From NCBI GenBank assembly GCA_002841335.1, contig PHEY01000006.1, positions 33,000 to 96,999 on the forward strand: a DNA stretch of 64,000 bases. The letters are read 5' to 3'. The DNA is from Actinobacteria bacterium HGW-Actinobacteria-2 (lineage in GTDB: Bacteria; Actinomycetota; Actinomycetes; Propionibacteriales; Propionibacteriaceae). A program made the translations under genes and the position numbers. This document shows, piece after piece, positions 17,765-27,181 of the stretch (its first letter is position 1; each line of letters begins with the position of its first letter). The notes beneath the pieces are model-generated. The model worked only from the letters and a program-made list of their open reading frames with translations. It did no database searches and was not told the DNA's origin.

Positions 17765-18261
17765 TGAGCCTGACCCGTCTGATCGGCATGATCGCGCGCA
17801 CCGGAACGGTCGCCGAGCCGATCACTGCTGCCGACATCGAGGTACGCGAAGGCTTCGTGCCGCCGCCGTGCCTGCGCGGCAGTGCCCAGGTGCGCCACGT
17901 CGATGCCGGCTCCTGCAATGGCTGCGAGATCGAAGTGGCGGCCGCGTTCGGGCCGGTCTACGACGTCGAGCGCTTCGGTGCCCGACTGGTGGCCTCACCC
18001 CGTCACGCCGATGTGGTCGCGGTCACCGGCGTGGTCAGCGTCAACATGGCCGACCCGCTGCGCAACACCATCGAGGCCACGCCCAACCCGCGGGTGGTGG
18101 TCTCCATCGGCGACTGCACCCGCAACTGCGGCGTCTTCGCCGACTCCTACGCCGTCGCCGGTACCGTCGACGACCTCACCGAAGTGGACGTCCACGTGCC
18201 CGGCTGCCCGCCGGCGCCGGAGGCGATCGTGGCGGCACTGCGGGCGGTGACTCAGCGATGA
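17764..18261 (+). CDS. NuoB/HycG-like small subunit (4Fe-4S)
   Basis: Cys ligand pattern is GSCNGCEIEV, IGDC and VPGCPP. 165 aa. Confidence 0.85.
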   Translation: MSLTRLIGMIARTGTVAEPITAADIEVREGFVPPPCLRGSAQVRHVDAGSCNGCEIEVAAAFGPVYDVERFGARLVASPRHADVVAVTGVVSVNMADPLRNTIEATPNPRVVVSIGDCTRNCGVFADSYAVAGTVDDLTEVDVHVPGCPPAPEAIVAALRAVTQR

Positions 18262-20264
18262 ACCTGGTCGACGTCGGCCTCCAAGCCACCATCGGACTCG
18301 CGGCTGTCGCGATCCTGGCGGCCACCGTCCTGCGCGGACGAGCTCGCAACGTGTTGGCCGGACTGGCCGTGGCCGGCAGCGGCCTGGCCGCAGCGACCAC
18401 CGGACTGGCCGCGCTGACCGGCCTGGCCGGAACCGGACTGTGGCTTCCGGTGGCCCTGCCCGGGGTCGCGGTCGACCCGCTGGTGCTGGCCCCCGATCGC
18501 CTGGGCGGCTTCTTCATGCTGCTGGCCGGTCTGGTGATCGCACTGGCGGCGATCTTCGGCATCGGCTACGCCCACGGCGCCGCCGCGTCCCGCACCGGCT
18601 GGACGGGGTTCGCCCTGTTCGCGATCGGTGTCGAACTGGTTCCCGCGGCCCAGGACGTCCTCAGCTTCGCCCTGGCCTGGGAACTGATGGCGCTTGGCTC
18701 GACCGTGCTGCTGTTGGCCGACCACGCCAGCCGGGCCGCGGTCCGCGAAGCGACCCTGTGGTACGCGGTGATGACCCAACTGTCCTTCCTGCTGCTACTG
18801 GCCGGTTTCGGGGTGCTGGTCGCTGCCGACGGCGGCACCTCTTTCGCCCGGGTGGTCGGCATCGGCGAGCCGGTGGCCAGCCTGGCGTTCGGCCTCCTGG
18901 TCGCCGGATTCGCCACCAAAGCCGGCCTGGTGCCGGTGCACGTCTGGCTGCCGCGCGCCCACCCCGAGGCACCGAGCCATGCGTCGGCGGCGATGAGTGC
19001 GGCCATGGTCAAAATGGGCGTCTACGGCATCCTGCTGGTGACCCTACGGCTGCTGCCGTACGGCCCGTCCTGGTGGGCGCTGGTGCTGGTCTTCATCGGC
19101 GCGATCTCTGCCCTGTACGGCATCCTGCAAGCCTCAGTGCAATCGGACCTGAAGCGCCTGCTGGCCTACTCGACCACCGAGAACGTCGGGCTGATCGTGA
19201 CCGCGATCGGCGCCGGACTGATGCTGCGGCAGGCCGGACAAAATGCGGTCGCCGACATCGCACTGGTGGCCGCGCTGCTGCTGGCGATCAGCCACGCGGC
19301 GTTCAAGACCGTGCTGTTCCTCGGTGCCGGCGCGGTGCTGCACGCCACCGGCGAACGCGACCTGGACGCCCTGGGCGGCCTGGCCTCCCGGATGCCGATC
19401 ACCAGCCTGACCTTCGGCGTGGGGGCGCTCGGTGCGGCCGCGCTGCCGGTCACCTCCGGCTTCGTCGCCGAATGGGTGCTGCTGCAGGCCCTGATTCACG
19501 CCGACGCGCGCAGCGACCGGCTGCTCGCGGTGGTCATTCCGATCACCATGGGTGTGGTCGCCCTCACCATCGGCCTGGGCCTGCTGACCTTCGTCAAAGC
19601 CTCCGGCGTGGGCTTCCTGGCCCGGCCGCGCACGCCACAGGCGGCCGCAGCCCGCGAGGTGGGCTTCACTGAACGCCTGGCGATGTTGGCCGCCGCCGGA
19701 CTCACCATCGGACTGGGGCTGATCCCCGGGCCGCTGTCACAGCTGTTGGCCGGCGCGGTCGGGGCTCGCGGACTGGCCACGTCCGGGTGGACGGGGCTGG
19801 AGTTGGCCGGTCTGGACGCGGTGATGCTCGACCCGGTGGCGCTCACTGCGCTGACCACGGTGATGCTGGCCGGGGTGCTGGTGGTCAACGGGATCGCCGC
19901 CCGCCGCCATCCGCGCCGCGAGGTGGACCTGGCCTGGGGCTGTGGTGGTGAGCGCACCAGTGCGCGGATGGAGTACAACGCCACCAGCTACTCCGAGCCG
20001 CTGGCCCGGGTGTTCGGCGCCTCCCTGCAGACCCGACGCAGCGTCGAGATCAGCCATCCCGACGACGCCCCGCTGCTGGTCTCGGAGATGGCGTTCAGCC
20101 AAGAGACCGTCGACCTGATCGAACAGAAGGTCTACGAGCCGGCCGCCCGCTGGACCCAACGCTTCGGTGACCTGGCCCGCCGACTGCAGAACGGCAGCAT
20201 CCACCGCTACCTCGGCTTCTCGTTCGCAGCGCTGCTGCTCGTGTTGATCCTGGTGACGCGATGA
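18258..20264 (+). CDS. HyfB/HycC/NuoL-like antiporter-type membrane subunit
   Basis: ATG 18258 overlaps the upstream stop. 668 aa. Proton-conducting membrane transporter blocks are WLPRAHPEAPSHASA and LAYSTTENVG. The ORF-track extension back to 17598 overlaps the two upstream genes and is discarded. Confidence 0.85.
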   Translation: MNLVDVGLQATIGLAAVAILAATVLRGRARNVLAGLAVAGSGLAAATTGLAALTGLAGTGLWLPVALPGVAVDPLVLAPDRLGGFFMLLAGLVIALAAIFGIGYAHGAAASRTGWTGFALFAIGVELVPAAQDVLSFALAWELMALGSTVLLLADHASRAAVREATLWYAVMTQLSFLLLLAGFGVLVAADGGTSFARVVGIGEPVASLAFGLLVAGFATKAGLVPVHVWLPRAHPEAPSHASAAMSAAMVKMGVYGILLVTLRLLPYGPSWWALVLVFIGAISALYGILQASVQSDLKRLLAYSTTENVGLIVTAIGAGLMLRQAGQNAVADIALVAALLLAISHAAFKTVLFLGAGAVLHATGERDLDALGGLASRMPITSLTFGVGALGAAALPVTSGFVAEWVLLQALIHADARSDRLLAVVIPITMGVVALTIGLGLLTFVKASGVGFLARPRTPQAAAAREVGFTERLAMLAAAGLTIGLGLIPGPLSQLLAGAVGARGLATSGWTGLELAGLDAVMLDPVALTALTTVMLAGVLVVNGIAARRHPRREVDLAWGCGGERTSARMEYNATSYSEPLARVFGASLQTRRSVEISHPDDAPLLVSEMAFSQETVDLIEQKVYEPAARWTQRFGDLARRLQNGSIHRYLGFSFAALLLVLILVTR

Positions 20265-21205
20265 TGGCCTCGGTACTGGTGATCGCGGTTCACCTGGCAT
20301 TCGCGTTGGCGGTCACCCCGCTGCTGATCGGCGTGATGCGAACCGTCCGCGCCCGCCTCGAAGGTCGCGTCGGCGGTGGCGTCCTGCAGCCCTGGCGGGA
20401 CGTGATCAAGCTGTTCGGCAAGGAGCCGGTGCGCGCTCCCGGATCCAGCCCGGTGCTGGTGTGGGCGCCGCTGCTGCTGATGGCCTCCTCGCTGGTACTG
20501 GTCGCACTCATTCCCCTGGTCAGCACGTTGCCGCTGGCCAGCGTGCCCGGCGACCTCTTCGTGGTGGTCTCGGTGCTGCTGCTGGGCACCGTGGCTTTGG
20601 CCATGCTGGGGCTGGAGTCGGGCACCGCCTTCGGCGGCATGGGTTCCAGCCGGCACATGATGTTCACCGCGCTGGTCGAGCCGACCGTGCTGCTGAGCAT
20701 CTACGCGCTCAGCGTCCCGGTGGGCACCTCGGCGCTGGCCGCGATCGTCCGCGGTCGCCGCGACGACCTGTCCCTGCTGCTCAACCCGGTGAGCATCCTG
20801 GCGATCGCGGCGCTGGTCGTGGTGGTCATCGCCGAGACCGGACGGCTGCCCGTGGACAACCCGTCCACCCACCTGGAACTGACCATGGTGCACGAGGCGA
20901 TGATCCTGGAAAGCGGCGGACGCGACCTCGGCTGGCTCGAGTTCGGCTCCTGGCTGCGGCTCACCGGCCTGCTCGGGCTCGCGGTCAACCTGGCCGTGCC
21001 GTGGGGGCTGGCCTCCGATGCCACCGCCCTCGCCCTGATCATCGGGACGGCCACCACGACCGTCAAACTCCTGCTGGTCGGCGCTGCGCTGGCCGCAGTC
21101 GAGGTGTTCATCGCCAAGCTGCGACTGTTCCGGGTGCCGGAGTTGCTGGCTGGTTCCTTCGTCTTGGCGTTCCTGTCGGTCAGCGCCTCCTACCTGGTGT
21201 TCTGA
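20261..21205 (+). CDS. hycD: HycD/HyfC/NuoH-like membrane subunit
   Basis: 314 aa. ATG overlaps the upstream stop. Has NuoH-like multi-TM topology with ETGRLPVDNP. Confidence 0.8.
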   Translation: MMASVLVIAVHLAFALAVTPLLIGVMRTVRARLEGRVGGGVLQPWRDVIKLFGKEPVRAPGSSPVLVWAPLLLMASSLVLVALIPLVSTLPLASVPGDLFVVVSVLLLGTVALAMLGLESGTAFGGMGSSRHMMFTALVEPTVLLSIYALSVPVGTSALAAIVRGRRDDLSLLLNPVSILAIAALVVVVIAETGRLPVDNPSTHLELTMVHEAMILESGGRDLGWLEFGSWLRLTGLLGLAVNLAVPWGLASDATALALIIGTATTTVKLLLVGAALAAVEVFIAKLRLFRVPELLAGSFVLAFLSVSASYLVF

Positions 21206-21206
21206 G

Positions 21207-21872
21207 GTGACGATGGGAACCGAGATCTATCAGCAGCTGATCGCCACCACCACCGGCGTGCTGCTGCTGACCGCGATCCTGCAGGTCTGGGGACGCTCGT
21301 TGGTGCGTTCGATCGCATTGCTGGCCGTCCAAGGCGCGGCCCTGGCCGGGCTGGTGGCCACCGTCGGGATCGGCGCCGGTGAGCCCGAGGCCGTGGCGGT
21401 GGCAGTGGAAGTGCTGCTGGTGAAGTCGGTGCTGCTGCCCGGGGCGCTGCTGCGCTCGGCCAGGATGATCGGTGAGACCAGGGAGCGTCCGGCGGCGATC
21501 AACACCGCCGTCGAGCTGATCGGGGCGGCCGGGCTGACCCTGATCGCCTACATCGTCGGCACCCCGCTGGTCGGCCCGCACCCCGACCCGGCCCGCCAAG
21601 CGCTGCCGGTGGGCTTCTCACTGGTGCTGCTGGGCTTCTGGCTGCTGCTGATCCGCCGCTCGGCGATCACCCAGCTGATCGGCTTCGTGGTGGTCGACAA
21701 CGGCATCGCCACGGTCTCGTTCCTGATCTCCGGCGGGCTGCCGCTGACCGTCGAACTCGGCGCCTCCCTGGACGTACTGCTGGTGGTGCTGATCCTGGGC
21801 GTCTTGGTGGTGCGGATGCAGCGCTCCCAAGGCCACATCGACATCACCGAGTTGAAAGAGCTGCACGACTGA
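21207..21872 (+). CDS. hycP: HyfE/NuoK-like membrane subunit (HycP in M. tuberculosis nomenclature)
   Basis: 221 aa and hydrophobic. Position and size match Rv0085. Confidence 0.7.
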   Translation: MTMGTEIYQQLIATTTGVLLLTAILQVWGRSLVRSIALLAVQGAALAGLVATVGIGAGEPEAVAVAVEVLLVKSVLLPGALLRSARMIGETRERPAAINTAVELIGAAGLTLIAYIVGTPLVGPHPDPARQALPVGFSLVLLGFWLLLIRRSAITQLIGFVVVDNGIATVSFLISGGLPLTVELGASLDVLLVVLILGVLVVRMQRSQGHIDITELKELHD

Positions 21873-23308
21873 TGGCCACGCTGATCTGGGTGATTTTGGG
21901 ACTGCCGCCGCTGCTGGCGGTGGTCAGCATCGCGTTCCGTCGCCGCTACTGGACGATCGCGCTGCCGATCCTGGCCGCAGCCACCCTGCTCGGGGTGGGC
22001 ATCGCGCTGGTCAGCGGGGTGTTGGCCTCCGGGCCGGTCACGACCGCGTCCGGCTGGCTGCGGGTGGACTCCCTCAGTGCCTGGATGCTGGTGGTGGTCG
22101 GGGCGGTCGCCGTGGTCGCGCTGTGGGGCGGAGCGCCGTCGGCCTCGGCGGCAAGCACCACCACCGGCTCGTTCGCCGCACTGCTCAACCTGTTCTTGGC
22201 CGCGATGACCCTGGCCGTGGTCGCCGACAACGTCGGCCTGATGTGGGTGGCGATCGAGCTCACCACCATCACCACCGCCTTCCTGGTGGCCTCCGGCGAG
22301 GGTCGCTACTCGCTGGAAGCGGCGTGGAAGTACGTCGTCCTGGGTGCGGTCGGGGTGGCCATCGCCTTCCTCGGGGTGGCGCTGCTCTCGGCCGCCGGGC
22401 TCAGCATCGAGGGCGTGGGCGTGTCCTGGGTGGGCCTGATGACCCATGCCGGGGCACTGGACCCGGGGCTGACCAAGATCGCCGGGGCGCTGGCCGTCCT
22501 GGGCTTCGCCACCAAGGCCGGCCTGGCGCCGATGCACTCCTGGCTGCCCGACGCGCACAGCCAAGCCCCGGCCCCGGTCAGCGGGCTGATGTCCGGGGTA
22601 CTGCTGAGCGTGGCGTTCTATGCGATCCTGCGCATCCAGGCGGTCACCGATGCGGTGGTCGGCCCGGGCCTGATGCAGACCATGCTGCTCACCGCCGGAC
22701 TGCTGTCGCTGGCCGTGACCGCCGGGTTGGTGATCACCCAACGCGACTACAAGCGCTTGTTGGCCTACTCCAGCATCGAGCACATGGGCCTGCTCGCCCT
22801 CGGTGCTGCGGCCGGCGGCTCGCTGGCGATCGCGGCAGTGCTGCTGCACATGCTCGGCCACGGCCTGCTCAAGTCGATGCTGTTTGTCACCTCCGGGCGC
22901 ATCCTCACCTTCACCGGAACCCACCACATCAGCGAAGTCCACGGGCTGCTGCGCCGCCGTCCCGACCTCGGCCAGCCGTTCCTGCTCGGCACCGCCGGAC
23001 TGCTCGGCTTCCCGCCGTTCGTCACCTTCTTCACCGAGGTGGGCATCATCGTGGCCGGATTCACCCGCGGTCTGGGCTGGCAGTTCGCGGTCGCGCTGGT
23101 GCTGCTGCTGGTGGTGTTCGGCGGCATCACCCGCAACGTGTTGGCGATGACCTTGGGGCCGGGCGATCCGGTGCCCGGCCGTCCGAAGTGGTGGCGACGG
23201 GTGCCGCTGTGGCTGCCGCTGGCGGCGTCCGCGGTGCTCGGCTTTGCGGCCTGGCCGCTGTCGGCGCCCTTGCTGGCCGCAGTGGCCGCCCTGGGAGGTG
23301 CTCGATGA
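21872..23308 (+). CDS. hycQ: HyfF/NuoN/NuoM-like antiporter-type subunit (HycQ)
   Basis: 478 aa. Contains WLPDAHSQAPAPVS and LAYSSIEHMG. Confidence 0.8.
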   Translation: MATLIWVILGLPPLLAVVSIAFRRRYWTIALPILAAATLLGVGIALVSGVLASGPVTTASGWLRVDSLSAWMLVVVGAVAVVALWGGAPSASAASTTTGSFAALLNLFLAAMTLAVVADNVGLMWVAIELTTITTAFLVASGEGRYSLEAAWKYVVLGAVGVAIAFLGVALLSAAGLSIEGVGVSWVGLMTHAGALDPGLTKIAGALAVLGFATKAGLAPMHSWLPDAHSQAPAPVSGLMSGVLLSVAFYAILRIQAVTDAVVGPGLMQTMLLTAGLLSLAVTAGLVITQRDYKRLLAYSSIEHMGLLALGAAAGGSLAIAAVLLHMLGHGLLKSMLFVTSGRILTFTGTHHISEVHGLLRRRPDLGQPFLLGTAGLLGFPPFVTFFTEVGIIVAGFTRGLGWQFAVALVLLLVVFGGITRNVLAMTLGPGDPVPGRPKWWRRVPLWLPLAASAVLGFAAWPLSAPLLAAVAALGGAR

Positions 23309-24789
23309 GACGTCAGCAGCCCGAGACGCACACCGTCTCCCGCGACCATCTGACGGGAGTGGTCGCTCGCCAGCTCGACCTCGGTCGGCGGCTGGCTCTG
23401 GTCAGCGGCCAAGAGGTCGCCGACGGTTTCGAAGTGGTGTGGGTGTTCCTCGGTGGCGACGGTAGCCGCGCGGAGGTGACCGTCCGGCTGGAAGCGGGCG
23501 ATCCGCACCTGCCCACCCTGGCCGGGTTGTCCTACCAGGCCGGACGCTTCGAGCGTGAGCTGCACGACATGCTCGGCCTGATCGCCGACGGGCACCCGCA
23601 GCCGTTCCGGCTGGTGCGGCACGCCCACTGGCCGGCCGGCTATTACCCGCAGCGATCGGACGCCGCGACTCCGTCCTTCGACGCCGACGCCGGCTTCCCG
23701 TTCGTCGAGGTCGCCGGCAAGGGCGTCTACGAGATCCCGGTCGGGCCGGTGCATGCCGGGCTGATCGAGCCGGGCCACTTCCGCTTCTCGGTGGTGGGGG
23801 AGACCATCGTGCGGATGTATCAGCGGCTGTACTTCGTCCATCGCGGAGTGGAGAAGCTGTTCGTCGGTCGGACGGTCAGCGACGGCATCACCTTGGCTGA
23901 ACGGATCAGCGGCGACACCGCCGTCGGCCACAGCCTGGCCTACCTGATGGCCGTTGAAGACGCTCTCGGGATCGAGATCTCGCCGCAGGCGGCGCTCACC
24001 CGGGCGCTGCTACTGGAGCTGGAACGGCTCTACAACCACGTCAACGACCTCGGCCTACTGGCCAACGATGCCGGCTTCGGGATCGCCAACGCCCACGCCG
24101 CGCGACTGCGCGAAACCCTGCTGAGGCACAACGCCCGGCTCACCGGGCACCGGCTGCTGCGCGGTGCGCTTTCGCTGGGGGATGCCCGGCTGTTGGCTGC
24201 GCCGGAGGTGGGCCTGGTCGCCGGAGTCGCTGCTGAGGTGGCCGAGCTGGCCGAGATCGCCACCAGCCATTCGTTGGTCGCCAACCGCTTCAACACCACC
24301 GCGGTACTGCCCACTGAGCAGGCCGAACGCCTCGGCGTGCTCGGCTATGTGGCCCGGGCCAGCGGGGTGGCCATCGACGCGCGCGTCGACCAGCCGTTCG
24401 TCGATCTCGGGCCGAACTTCCGGGTGGTCACCCGCACCGACGGTGACGTTCGGGCGCGCTTCGACGTCCGGGCCGAGGAGGTGGCGGTGTCCGCCCAGCT
24501 GGTGGCTGACCTGGCTGCGCGGCTCGACGGGCTCGGTACCGCGGAGCCCCGCCCGTCCGGCCGGATCACGCGCACCGGTGCCGGTCTGGGTGTGGTGGAG
24601 GCCTGGCGCGGCACCTTGGTGCATCGGGTGGTGCTGGCTCGCGGTGGCACGCTGGCCCGAGTGAAGGTGGTCGACCCGTCCTTCCTGACCTGGCCGGGCC
24701 TGCCGGTGGCGCTGAACGACGTGATCGTCCCTGACTTCCCGCTGGCCAACAAGAGTTTCAACTGCTCCTACGCCGGAAACGACCTGTAG
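23305..24789 (+). CDS. hycE: HycE/NuoC-NuoD-like large subunit lacking the [NiFe] cysteine ligands
   Basis: ATG 23305 overlaps the upstream stop. A NuoC-like N-terminus (FERELHDMLGL) is followed by a NuoD/large-subunit core (GPVHAGLIEPGHFRF). There is one Cys in 494 aa. The ORF-track extension back to 22123 is discarded. Confidence 0.85.
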   Translation: MRRQQPETHTVSRDHLTGVVARQLDLGRRLALVSGQEVADGFEVVWVFLGGDGSRAEVTVRLEAGDPHLPTLAGLSYQAGRFERELHDMLGLIADGHPQPFRLVRHAHWPAGYYPQRSDAATPSFDADAGFPFVEVAGKGVYEIPVGPVHAGLIEPGHFRFSVVGETIVRMYQRLYFVHRGVEKLFVGRTVSDGITLAERISGDTAVGHSLAYLMAVEDALGIEISPQAALTRALLLELERLYNHVNDLGLLANDAGFGIANAHAARLRETLLRHNARLTGHRLLRGALSLGDARLLAAPEVGLVAGVAAEVAELAEIATSHSLVANRFNTTAVLPTEQAERLGVLGYVARASGVAIDARVDQPFVDLGPNFRVVTRTDGDVRARFDVRAEEVAVSAQLVADLAARLDGLGTAEPRPSGRITRTGAGLGVVEAWRGTLVHRVVLARGGTLARVKVVDPSFLTWPGLPVALNDVIVPDFPLANKSFNCSYAGNDL

Positions 24790-24951
24790 CCGCGGGTTTA
24801 CCGAGGTTATGGGCGGGGTCTGCGCGGTCTGTCCTGGCAAACGCGGATTTATCAGGGTTATGAGGCCCTGATCGGCCTCCATAACCTTGGTAAATCGGCG
24901 ACGGGTGCCTGAGGCCCGCGACACCGGCCCGATAACCCTCACAAACCCGCG
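24790..24951. repeat. four copies of a ~24-nt motif arranged as nested inverted repeats
   Basis: CGCGGGTTTACCGAGGTTATGGG (24791-24813) and CGCGGATTTATCAGGGTTATGAGG (24842-24865) are direct copies. Inverted copies are CCTCCATAACCTTGGTAAATCGGCG (24876-24900) and CCGATAACCCTCACAAACCCGCG (24929-24951). Confidence 0.75.
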
Positions 24952-25067
24952 ACTGGGTGACGGGGACTGCTGCGCAGCGGCGATGGGAAGATCTGCCCGC
25001 TCCCTTAGGTGAACAACGTTCTGCTTGCCTGCCATACTGGCGCCACCGCATAGTTCAGGAGTACTCG

Positions 25068-27125
25068 ATGACGGATTCGTCGCAGCCCGAGCAGCCGCAG
25101 AGGTTGGCCAAGATTCAGGCCGAACTGGTGGACCTCTCGGCCAAGCTGAACATTCTGGCCCGTGACTTCCAACAGCTGGCAGCGGAGTTGCCGCAGCAGG
25201 TGGGCGTGCCCGGCGCCCGCCCGGCTGCGCCCGGCACCGTGCCTGGTGCACCGGTCGGCGCCCCGCCCGCGCCGGTGCCGCCGCCCGTCGCCCGTCCGTC
25301 CCAGCCGCCCTACCTGGCGCCCCAGCCGCCGATGGCAGTCCATGGGCAGGGGCAGAATCTGTACCCGCCACCACCTCCGCCGCGGGTCGCCGCCCCGGGC
25401 GGACGCGCGCCTCAGCCACCCGCTCCGGTGCCCGCGCGGCCTGTCCGTCCGACGCGTCCGCGCCGCCAAGTGAGCATCGCGGAGGTCTTCGCCGTGGTCG
25501 GCTCGGGCATCACCTTGTTGGGTGTCGCCTTCGTGCTGTTGCTGCCCAATCAGGCGGTGATGCCAGATCTGGTTCGAGCCGGCATCGGGTTGGGTCTGGC
25601 CGTGGCGGCGGTGATCGTTGCTCTGGTGCAGCATCGCCGCGAACCGAGCAACATCGGCTCCCAGGCTTTGATGGCGACCGGTATCGCATCGGCCTTCCTC
25701 ACGGTGCTGGCGTTATCGTCGCTGTTCCACGGCGACGACGGAGCGCCTCTTTTCCCCACGGTCCCTGGGATCGTGGCCGGCGGTCTGATCAGCCTCGGCG
25801 GTGTTGCGGTCGCGCGCTGGTGGCGCAGCCAGTGGCTGGCGGTGCTGGCGGTGCTGGGGTCGTTGGTGTTGGCGCCCTACCTCGGTGGACGGGACGCGTT
25901 GTGGCCGATGACGTTCATGCTGGTGATGACCCTCGCCACGGCGGCCTTCCAACACAAGCTGGATTGGACGGGGCTGTTGCTGGCCCGCTTCCTGCCCACG
26001 GCCCTCTACTTCCTGGTCGCGGTGTCCGGGTTGGGGACGCACGTCGACGTCCAGCTGGGCCTGGGGCTATCCCTCATCCTGGCCCTGGGTGGGTTGGTGA
26101 TCGCCACGCTGCACCAGCGGGGCGCGATCCGAATGCGCGCGGTGTCTTTGATGGCGATGGTGACGATGGCGGCACCGCTCGTGGTGGCGATGTGGTCGCC
26201 CGATCGGGTTCTCGCAGCCGTCGTTGCGGGCGCCTTCGGGTTGCTGATGGTGGCGGTGGGTCTGCTGCCTGCCTTCTTCGAGCTACAGCTGCGCGGTACG
26301 GCGGCGCCCCTGGGAGCGCTGTTCGTGGTGCTCGCGGTGGTCCGATTCACCGACGGGCACTACTTGGGGTACCTGTTCTTCACCCTTGCGGCGGCCTACT
26401 TCGCGGTGGCCGCGGCCACCAAGTTCACGCCGATGCTGTTCGTGGGTGGGGCCTTGGGTCTGATCGGCGTGCAGCTGTGGTTGCCGGTGATCGCCTACGC
26501 TTTTGCGCCGCTGCCCGGTGGCGACATCGAACTCACCGCCCAGTCGGTGCTCGGCCTGGTCGCGACCCTGTTCGGGATGCGAGCGCTGCGTCGTCGGGGA
26601 GTGAAGGGCAACGGGCTGGTGTACGCCTCCTGGCTGATCTCGGTGGTCTTCGGATCGATGGCCGTGATCACCGCCGGCATGCTCATCGCCGTGCGGGTCG
26701 GCGCCGAGATCAGTCAAGGCTTCCAAACCGCCCACGCGATCGTGACGGTCGGCTGGATCCTGGCCAGTGTGTGGCTGCTGCGTCGCGGCCTGCTCAAGGA
26801 AAGGGACTCGAGTGCTGCGGTCGCGATCGCCATCGCCTTGTCCGCTTCGGCGGTGGTCAAGCTGTTCTTCTTCGACCTGCGCACGCTGCCGGACCTGGTG
26901 CGGGCGATGGCCTTCCTGGCCGTCGGCCTGCTGTTGCTGGTGATCGGCACCTGGTACCACCGGCAACTCGAACGGGCGCGACGCACCAGCAATGGTCCGA
27001 CCGCAGCTGCTGACGGGGCCGTCAACGAACCGGTGCCGGGAGCTCCCGCGCCCACGTCGGACGTACCGCCGACAGCTCCGGCTGAACGCGCCGCGCCCGA
27101 ACCGACGTCAGCGCCACAGCCCTAG
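25068..27125 (+). CDS. large polytopic membrane protein, DUF2339-like
   Basis: ATG 25068 follows CAGGAG. It has an N-terminal coiled-coil-like segment, a Pro-rich linker, then about 17 TM helices. Family call is by architecture only. Confidence 0.6.
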   Translation: MTDSSQPEQPQRLAKIQAELVDLSAKLNILARDFQQLAAELPQQVGVPGARPAAPGTVPGAPVGAPPAPVPPPVARPSQPPYLAPQPPMAVHGQGQNLYPPPPPPRVAAPGGRAPQPPAPVPARPVRPTRPRRQVSIAEVFAVVGSGITLLGVAFVLLLPNQAVMPDLVRAGIGLGLAVAAVIVALVQHRREPSNIGSQALMATGIASAFLTVLALSSLFHGDDGAPLFPTVPGIVAGGLISLGGVAVARWWRSQWLAVLAVLGSLVLAPYLGGRDALWPMTFMLVMTLATAAFQHKLDWTGLLLARFLPTALYFLVAVSGLGTHVDVQLGLGLSLILALGGLVIATLHQRGAIRMRAVSLMAMVTMAAPLVVAMWSPDRVLAAVVAGAFGLLMVAVGLLPAFFELQLRGTAAPLGALFVVLAVVRFTDGHYLGYLFFTLAAAYFAVAAATKFTPMLFVGGALGLIGVQLWLPVIAYAFAPLPGGDIELTAQSVLGLVATLFGMRALRRRGVKGNGLVYASWLISVVFGSMAVITAGMLIAVRVGAEISQGFQTAHAIVTVGWILASVWLLRRGLLKERDSSAAVAIAIALSASAVVKLFFFDLRTLPDLVRAMAFLAVGLLLLVIGTWYHRQLERARRTSNGPTAAADGAVNEPVPGAPAPTSDVPPTAPAERAAPEPTSAPQP

Positions 27126-27181
27126 CCGACCGGATGCGGTGCCCCGACATCGACAGCGGTCGGGGGACCTCGTCAGCCGAC

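Noticed and set aside
17598-18257. N-terminal extension of the HyfB-like ORF; the same applies to 22123-23304 for the HycE-like ORF
   Set aside because: The extensions overlap well-supported upstream genes in another frame and are Arg/Pro-rich nonsense. Internal ATGs at 18258 and 23305 give classic 4-nt overlap coupling.
24957-25067. Upstream extension of the DUF2339-like ORF
   Set aside because: The extension runs into the palindromic repeat region. ATG 25068 has a CAGGAG RBS and begins a plausible cytoplasmic coiled-coil segment.
25200-25470. Pro/Ala-rich repetitive-looking DNA
   Set aside because: It is a coding low-complexity linker (PAPVPPPVARPSQPPYLAPQPP) of the DUF2339-like protein. 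It is not a discrete nucleotide repeat.
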